From IMG/VR virus record IMGVR_UViG_3300029985_000693, positions 62,001-125,960 of that record: 63,960 nucleotides of DNA; one strand, given 5' to 3'. The notes under the pieces are model-generated. The model had not been told where the DNA came from, did no database searches, and saw nothing but the letters and a program-made list of their open reading frames with translations. Of this stretch, positions 58,482 through 63,960 are shown piece after piece; within the stretch, counting starts at the first letter, position 1, and each line of letters starts with the position of its first letter. The translations under genes and the position numbers were made by a program. The stretch is from an uncultured virus (IMG/VR IMGVR_UViG_3300029985_000693). Its lineage: Duplodnaviria; Heunggongvirae; Uroviricota; Caudoviricetes.

Positions 58482-58871
58482 ATGGAACAATATCGCGAAA
58501 CGGTTCATACCGAGGTTGTTAACGGTATCACTTATACTGTTGATTTAACGTCGGAATGGGAAAGGATGAAAAATCATTTTCCAGAACAAGAAGACGCAGA
58601 AATGATCGCGCGGCTCGAAGAGCGTTGTGACGATGGGGACATGTGGGCGTGGTGCGACATAACCGTGACCGCATCATGCGAGGGATTCAAGGCTAGCGAC
58701 AACCTCGGATGCTGCTCTTTTGATAACAAGGCTCAATTCTTAGCGGATGATTATTATAAAGATATGAAAGCGGGAGCTTTGTACGCTTTGCGTACCAACA
58801 TTGAAAAGGTAGGAAAGGAACTGGCAGCGGCTCAAGTAGTGTTGGCAGCTAACGCACACTTGCCGGGTTAA
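58482..58871 (+). CDS. hypothetical protein, paralog of 55764-56198
   Basis: WAWCDITVTA...DNLGCCS...YYKDMK. Confidence 0.7.
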   Translation: MEQYRETVHTEVVNGITYTVDLTSEWERMKNHFPEQEDAEMIARLEERCDDGDMWAWCDITVTASCEGFKASDNLGCCSFDNKAQFLADDYYKDMKAGALYALRTNIEKVGKELAAAQVVLAANAHLPG

Positions 58872-58918
58872 TTGGTAGTATATAAACCCCAATTACAATC
58901 GTTGAAAGGAACTATAAA

Positions 58919-59278
58919 ATGTCTTGTTTTGTTTGCACTCCCGAGCATATCTCCGCTATCGTAACAGCTAACTACGATCCAGGCTTCCGGGGAATGCCCG
59001 TCGAAGATGCTTTTCGCCTGCTCGAGGATGCTAATATCGCGGCCTATAACGCTCGCTATCGTGGAAATGACTCCTCGTCTCGGAACGTCTATCGGTACAA
59101 GCGAGAAGATCGTTTGCGTTCGCCTGTAGAAGTTATACGGTTGATCCACACGCTCGAGTATCAGTGCAATAGAACATCGGAATGGAGCGTTAGCAAAGCA
59201 TATGAGTTTTTGCAAGAGGCTAAAGATGCACAGATCCGGCGTCTAGAGGGATATGAATCCGCCCCCTATAGCATTTAG
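58919..59278 (+). CDS. hypothetical phage protein
   Basis: MSCFV....HI, N...YNARY, LEYQC. Confidence 0.7.
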   Translation: MSCFVCTPEHISAIVTANYDPGFRGMPVEDAFRLLEDANIAAYNARYRGNDSSSRNVYRYKREDRLRSPVEVIRLIHTLEYQCNRTSEWSVSKAYEFLQEAKDAQIRRLEGYESAPYSI

Positions 59279-59372
59279 ATATATCCTCGATTTGATCCGC
59301 TCCCAAAAAGCTTAGCGAAACCAAGTAGTTATCTTTTCAACCGCTGTTAACCCTAAACCCGAGGCTACCCGT

Positions 59373-59864
59373 ATGAGCGACTCCGAAGCATTGGCAACCT
59401 TGAAGCGATATCTGCGCGGCGCGAACCTGAACGGTGCGGACCTGTGCGACGCGAACCTGCGCAACGCGAACCTGCGCGACGCGAACCTGAGCGGTGCGGA
59501 CCTGTGCGGTGCGAACCTGAGCGGTGCGAACCTGCGCGACGCGAACCTGAGCGACGCGGACCTGAGCGGTGCGAACCTGTGCGACGCGGACCTGAGCGGT
59601 GCGGACCTGAGCGGTGCGAACCTGAGCGGTGCGAACCTGAGCGACGCGAACCTGTGCGGTGCGGACCTGAGCGGTGCGGCCCTGTGCGGCGCGGACCTGA
59701 GCAACGCGGCGGACCTGAGCATCGCGGACCTGAGCGGTGCGAACCTGAGCGGTGCGGACCTGAGCGACGCGCACCTGAGCGGTGCGGCCCTGCGCAACGC
59801 GGACCTGAGCGGCGCGTATTTTTACAACCACGGAACTCTCTACAAGGTCGCCTCGGCGATCTAA
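59373..59864 (+). CDS. pentapeptide-repeat protein
   Basis: A(N/D)LxG/D repeats, 15-nt DNA periodicity. Confidence 0.9.
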   Translation: MSDSEALATLKRYLRGANLNGADLCDANLRNANLRDANLSGADLCGANLSGANLRDANLSDADLSGANLCDADLSGADLSGANLSGANLSDANLCGADLSGAALCGADLSNAADLSIADLSGANLSGADLSDAHLSGAALRNADLSGAYFYNHGTLYKVASAI

Positions 59865-60140
59865 AAATCCGCCCGTCTAAGAGAAAGGTCTAAACCCATG
59901 AAAACTGATAAAAGCTCGAAATGCACCTACTGCGCGATGGGTTTTAAGGCGAATGAATACGGAAGGCACCCGGAAAGCCACGATCCAGAGCAGCGGCTTT
60001 GCCCTAAGTTCAGGGCAGAACAGGAACAACGCGACGCGGACGCTTTCGCTTCTCGCAACTAGAGCTTGACTTGCAAAAGGATCCGGGTCAAATAGGCTTT
60101 AACGCTCTTAAAGGCGCTTTCTCTAACAAGGGGTAAACAA

Positions 60141-60662
60141 ATGGGATACATGTCCTTCCGAAACGCTACCAAGCAAGACATTATCTCTAAGATTTTGGGG
60201 GATAGTGGTTACACCATTTATGATCATTGCCTTAAGGGTAATGTGCTTTGGACTGTCCAGTCGCAAGCGTTGGTTTACGCACCGCGTTACATCGGTTGTT
60301 ACATACTGGAAAGCCGCGAAGATGGATATGCTTATAAGGCTTTGAGCGAAGGTGATTACCCTTACTATTTCGATTGTCCCACATCCTTCTTCAAACAGGC
60401 CCCTACCCCCTATAACGAAAATGCGGTCAAGTGGCGCGCACGTTGCGAGTCCCTCCGGCAAGAGCTGAAGCGTGTTAAGGGGTCGCTGGCTATTGGCAAT
60501 GTCGTTCCGTTGATCTTCGGATGCACGGTGGAGGGTTCCCCCGTTGCGTCTGTGCGAGTCGTTTCCGTTCGCCCTTTGATGGTTGAACGGCTGGACGTTC
60601 CAGGCGTGTTCAAGCTGCCCCGTAAGTTTATCGATACCAATGTCAATCGGACCGCTCTTTAA
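60141..60662 (+). CDS. DUF6927-like hypothetical protein
   Basis: YK.LSE..YPYYFDCP......A.KWR..C. Confidence 0.65.
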   Translation: MGYMSFRNATKQDIISKILGDSGYTIYDHCLKGNVLWTVQSQALVYAPRYIGCYILESREDGYAYKALSEGDYPYYFDCPTSFFKQAPTPYNENAVKWRARCESLRQELKRVKGSLAIGNVVPLIFGCTVEGSPVASVRVVSVRPLMVERLDVPGVFKLPRKFIDTNVNRTAL

Positions 60663-60684
60663 CCCTTACAAAAGGAAACACACC

Positions 60685-60948
60685 ATGCATCCCTTGCAAC
60701 TCCTACTGGAAAACCAAGCTTTTTTTGAAGTCCGTTCCTACTCTGGACGTAGTATGTACGGGCGAAAGTGTCTAGGTGTAGAGTTTGATGGAAATAATGG
60801 CCTAGGACGTATCTTGGCGGCTATTATTTACGGTACTAATGATGATAATCGGGAGGATCTGGCGGATGCAGTAAAGAATACGTGTACTGATTCTATGGGG
60901 CTTGGGATTATCGTGTATTTCCCTAACGTGCCTTATACCGAGGAATAA
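60685..60948 (+). CDS. hypothetical phage protein
   Basis: RSYSGRSMYGRKCLG...DSMGLG.IVYFP. Confidence 0.7.
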   Translation: MHPLQLLLENQAFFEVRSYSGRSMYGRKCLGVEFDGNNGLGRILAAIIYGTNDDNREDLADAVKNTCTDSMGLGIIVYFPNVPYTEE

Positions 60949-61082
60949 CCAGATATGACCCAAAACTGGATTAAAGATATACAAAACAATTCATGGATTG
61001 TAATACGTGCTGGTTTAAACGGTTATTTCCAATTTAGTTAATAAATGGACTAAAGACAATTTAGAGGAATGTTCGAAGAAAC

Positions 61083-61111
61083 TTGACAACGATCCGAAGA
61101 TGCCCTAAAGT
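61083..61111 (+). promoter_or_regulatory. sigma70-type promoter
   Basis: TTGACA-N17-TAAAGT. Confidence 0.6.
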
Positions 61112-61158
61112 GGCTTTTCGATGTAAACACCTTTGACTTTGAGAAAGGATCCCCCCTA

Positions 61159-61401
61159 ATGGCTCGTCTGAAGGCTCACCAGAAGGTTTCCCGCGACTTC
61201 CAGCTTCGTCTTACCAAGGTGCGGCGCGACGCTCGTTATTGCGCTGAACGGTTCGATGCTGCGCGGGACTCGCGGGAGGCCAATACGTGGTGGCATGCAA
61301 TGAAGGAAGCGCAAGCAGAGAGGGCATATTACGTTGAAATGCTCCATGCAATGAGGATTTACCGGAAAATCGAGCGCAAGAAGCGGGTTGGTATCGGATA
61401 G
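61159..61401 (+). CDS. small basic protein
   Basis: AAAGGA SD, 80 aa. Confidence 0.6.
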   Translation: MARLKAHQKVSRDFQLRLTKVRRDARYCAERFDAARDSREANTWWHAMKEAQAERAYYVEMLHAMRIYRKIERKKRVGIG

Positions 61402-61476
61402 TCCGACTTTATATAAATGGCTTTTGTTGCGCGACCCAAGAAGAAGCCGAAGCTTATTAAATAAAGGATAATTCCC

Positions 61477-62183
61477 ATGAAAACCTACACGCAAAAAGAA
61501 CTTTCCGAAACCCTCCGTTTGCATAAACTCTGGTTAGAAGGTAAGACCGAAGGTGTACAGGCCGATCTGTACGATGCCGATCTGTCCGGGGCCGATCTGT
61601 CCGGGGCCAATTTGACCGGGGCTAATTTGACCGGGGCCAATCTGTCCGGGGCTAATTTGACCGGGGCCAATCTGTCCGGGGCTATTCTGACCGGGGCCGA
61701 CCTGACCGGGGCCAATCTGACCGGGGCCGACCTGACCGGGGCCAATCTGGAAGGGGCCAAATTGACCGGGGCCAATCTGTCCAGGGCCAATCTGTCCAAG
61801 GCCAATCTGTCCAAGGCCGATCTTACCGGGGCCAATCTGAGCGGGGCCAACGGTTTCCCAGAAGAGGAAATTGCCAAGCGTCAAATTGTACCGAAGGAAG
61901 GGGAGTTTATTGGTTACAAAAAGCTTGGAAACGGTACGGTGGCGAAGCTTTTGATTCCGGCCGGGGCCAAGCGCATCGGGGGATGACCGATCGCAAGTGT
62001 CGGGCTGAGTTCGCAACGGTACTGGAAGGATCCGGCTTTTCCCGGTATGATTCTTCTTTTGAGTACCGTTGCGGGGAAACCGTTTATCCAACTACTGAAA
62101 ATCCCTTCAACCCAGATCCTTTGGTGAAATGTTCTGGGGGGATCCATTTTTTTCTTACCCCAGAAGAAGCCGAAGCTTATTAA
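61477..62183 (+). pseudogene. pentapeptide-repeat + DUF5758-like protein split by frameshift in a G5 run (ORFs 61477-61986 and 61983-62183)
   Basis: [17 protein letters not shown] / RKCRAE...SRYD..F.Y...C..GIHFF.T.EEA. Confidence 0.7.
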
Positions 62184-62336
62184 ATAAAGGATAAGCTTTG
62201 GCTGGCTGGTAAGGCTGGAGGTGTACACGCCAATCTGAGCGGGGCCAACCTGATCAGGGCCAATCTGTACGGAGCCAAGGGTTTTCCACAAGAAGAAGTT
62301 TCCAAGCGTCAAATCGTATCAAAGGAAGGGGAATAG
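62184..62336 (+). pseudogene. start-less remnant of a pentapeptide gene paralog
   Basis: Reads [20 protein letters not shown]...GFPQEEVSKRQIVSKEGE*; leader duplicated from 61440-61471. Confidence 0.7.
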
Positions 62337-62345
62337 GAATAACAA

Positions 62346-63071
62346 TTGGACTCTACTCTGTTTAAGCCTATCCATAAGCTTCGCAACACTTACCGACCCA
62401 TTGCTAAGGAACTAGAAAAGGATATCATCCTTAAGGCTCAAGCAGGGGACAAGAAGTCTCGTGATTTACTGGTAAACAGTAATATGGGACTGGTCATTAA
62501 GGAAGCCCGCAAACAGGCTGGTAGGAAACTGGATATTAATGATTTGGTACAGGTTGGAGCAATGGCCCTATTGGAAACCATTGATAAGTTTGATACCAGT
62601 AAGGATTTGAAGTTTATTACCTACGCCAAGTGGCTGGTGGTAAGCCGTATGCAACGATACCGGGCGGCTCAAAGCGGTATTGTTCATTACGATACCGATA
62701 AAACCCGGCAAGAAGGATATGGGGCTAAAAGGTCGGATCAAAGCCTAAATGAGATTTATTCCAATAGCAAAAAGAATGACATTGAAGGTGATGTGGAGTA
62801 CCAAGACCTTTTAGTGTGTGATGAACCCACCCCAGAAGATAACGCTATTCGCTCTCAAACAAATGGAGAGGTAGCCCTATTTATGGATAATCTTCAAAAG
62901 ACCCTTACCCCTATGGAGAAAGAGTTTATTCCCCGTATTGGTGAAAAAGAGAAGAACAGGGTTCCGCTTCATGAAATCGGTAAAAAGTATGGGTATTGCC
63001 GGGAATCGGTACGACAAAAAGAGGCTAAACTGGTAGCTTGTTTGGCAAATGACCTTAAGGAATACGCATAA
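62346..63071 (+). CDS. sigma70-family RNA polymerase sigma factor
   Basis: LVNSNMGLV, DLVQVG..AL...IDKFD, KFITYA.W, region 4.2 LHEIGKKYG.CRESVRQ.E. Confidence 0.9.
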   Translation: MDSTLFKPIHKLRNTYRPIAKELEKDIILKAQAGDKKSRDLLVNSNMGLVIKEARKQAGRKLDINDLVQVGAMALLETIDKFDTSKDLKFITYAKWLVVSRMQRYRAAQSGIVHYDTDKTRQEGYGAKRSDQSLNEIYSNSKKNDIEGDVEYQDLLVCDEPTPEDNAIRSQTNGEVALFMDNLQKTLTPMEKEFIPRIGEKEKNRVPLHEIGKKYGYCRESVRQKEAKLVACLANDLKEYA

Positions 63072-63157
63072 CAATCGGAACAAAAGGCTTGACACCATTT
63101 ACGAGAAAACTCCCCGAAACGTAACAATTAAATAGGATTTATCTTCAAATCCCAAGC

Positions 63158-63186
63158 TTGACACCTCGAAATGTTCGTGCTACATT
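63158..63186 (+). promoter_or_regulatory. sigma70-type promoter
   Basis: TTGACA-N17-TACATT with TG extension. Confidence 0.7.
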
Positions 63187-63209
63187 GGCAAGACAATGGA
63201 GGGGACGCA

Positions 63210-63575
63210 ATGGACATTTTGATTTTGGATGATGAAGATGTTAGACACTCTGAGTTCGCCAAGCGTTTTCGGGAGCATAACGTATTCCATACCAAGGATC
63301 CTTGGGAAGCTGTTTGCTGGATGAAGGAACGTAAGTTCGATTTGGTTTCTTTAGACCATGACCTTAACTGGTTCGAGTTTACACCCTACAAGCAGGAGAT
63401 CACTGGTACTGAGGTTGCACGTGCGATGCTTGCCCTTCCTGGCGAAAATAGGCCCGGTGAAATTCATATCCACAGTTGGAATCCAGATGGAGCGCGGCGG
63501 ATGTTTCTGATTTTGAAAGAGGCCGGGTTTGTTCATATCATCCGCAACCCTTTTACTGCAATTAAATCCATTTAG
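63210..63575 (+). CDS. cyclic-phosphate-processing receiver-domain protein
   Basis: [25 protein letters not shown]. Confidence 0.8.
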   Translation: MDILILDDEDVRHSEFAKRFREHNVFHTKDPWEAVCWMKERKFDLVSLDHDLNWFEFTPYKQEITGTEVARAMLALPGENRPGEIHIHSWNPDGARRMFLILKEAGFVHIIRNPFTAIKSI

Positions 63576-63597
63576 CCCCATAAAAAGGACAATTCCC

Positions 63598-63960
63598 ATG
63601 AAAACCTACACGCAAAAAGAACTTTCCGAAACCCTCCGTTTGCATAAGCTTTGGTTAGAAGGTAAGGCTGGAGGTGTACTGGCCAATCTGTACGGGGCTA
63701 TTCTGTCCGGGGCCAATCTGTCCGAGGCTATTCTGTCCGGGGCCGAACTGATCAGGGCCAAATTGACCGGGGCCAATCTGTCCGGGGCCGAACTGATCAG
63801 GGCCAATCTGTCCGGGGCCGAACTGATCAGGGCCAATCTGACCGGGGCCAAATTGACCGGGGCCAATCTGTCCGGGGCCAATCTGTCCGGGGCCAATCTG
63901 TCCGGGGCCGATCTGTACGGGGCCACACTGACCTGGGCCACACTGACCTGGGCCAAATTG
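63598..63960 (+). CDS. pentapeptide-repeat protein (runs off window edge)
   Basis: [23 protein letters not shown] identical to 61477 N-terminus, then AxLxG repeats. Confidence 0.9.
   Translation, partial: MKTYTQKELSETLRLHKLWLEGKAGGVLANLYGAILSGANLSEAILSGAELIRAKLTGANLSGAELIRANLSGAELIRANLTGAKLTGANLSGANLSGANLSGADLYGATLTWATLTWAKL

Noticed and set aside
59312..59893. Alternative-frame and antisense ORFs over pentapeptide genes (also 61485-62091, 63606-63956)
   Set aside because: Stop-free shadows of 15-nt repeats; no SD or domain motifs
1..63960. Alternative genetic code
   Set aside because: Long conserved genes are intact in code 11, TAG and TGA both end genes, and neither tRNA is a suppressor

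Overview
This window is a fragment of a large tailed-phage genome (SPO1/Twort-type head proteins), read in the standard genetic code. The host is inferred to be Myxococcota/deltaproteobacterial, from a TGTTCCACGTGGAACA parS, many sigma54 sites and DAG-motif proteins. Bases 1-19.9 kb (minus strand) hold replication and nucleotide genes: DnaE, an intein-containing class II ribonucleotide reductase, RuvC, Rad50/SbcC, GroEL, an AAA ATPase, two metallophosphoesterases, tRNA-Trp and tRNA-Asn. Bases 20.4-32.6 kb (plus strand) hold a kinase/ATPase, SF2 helicase, an intein-containing sigma factor, a GroES-like protein, Mre11/SbcD, terminase and portal. Bases 32.6-48 kb hold ThyX, a Hef-like endonuclease, capsid, scaffold, adaptor, a prohead protease fused to a kinase-like domain and a GGDEF-GNAT fusion. 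Bases 48.7-52.4 kb hold a MazG-like protein and about 15 tandem Cys/His mini-genes. Bases 52.4-53.8 kb are non-coding and packed with host-factor sites (about 9 sigma54 motifs, parS, DnaA boxes). Bases 53.8-64 kb are GC-richer early-type genes with a repeated structured intergenic element, pentapeptide-repeat paralogs and a second sigma factor. The top findings are: (1) a sigma-factor intein whose endonuclease is overprinted in the +1 frame; (2) the host-binding-site array; (3) putative head-packaged effector domains; (4) the zinc mini-protein array; (5) a covarying RNA hairpin motif. All calls are by-eye motif recognition; no searches were run.
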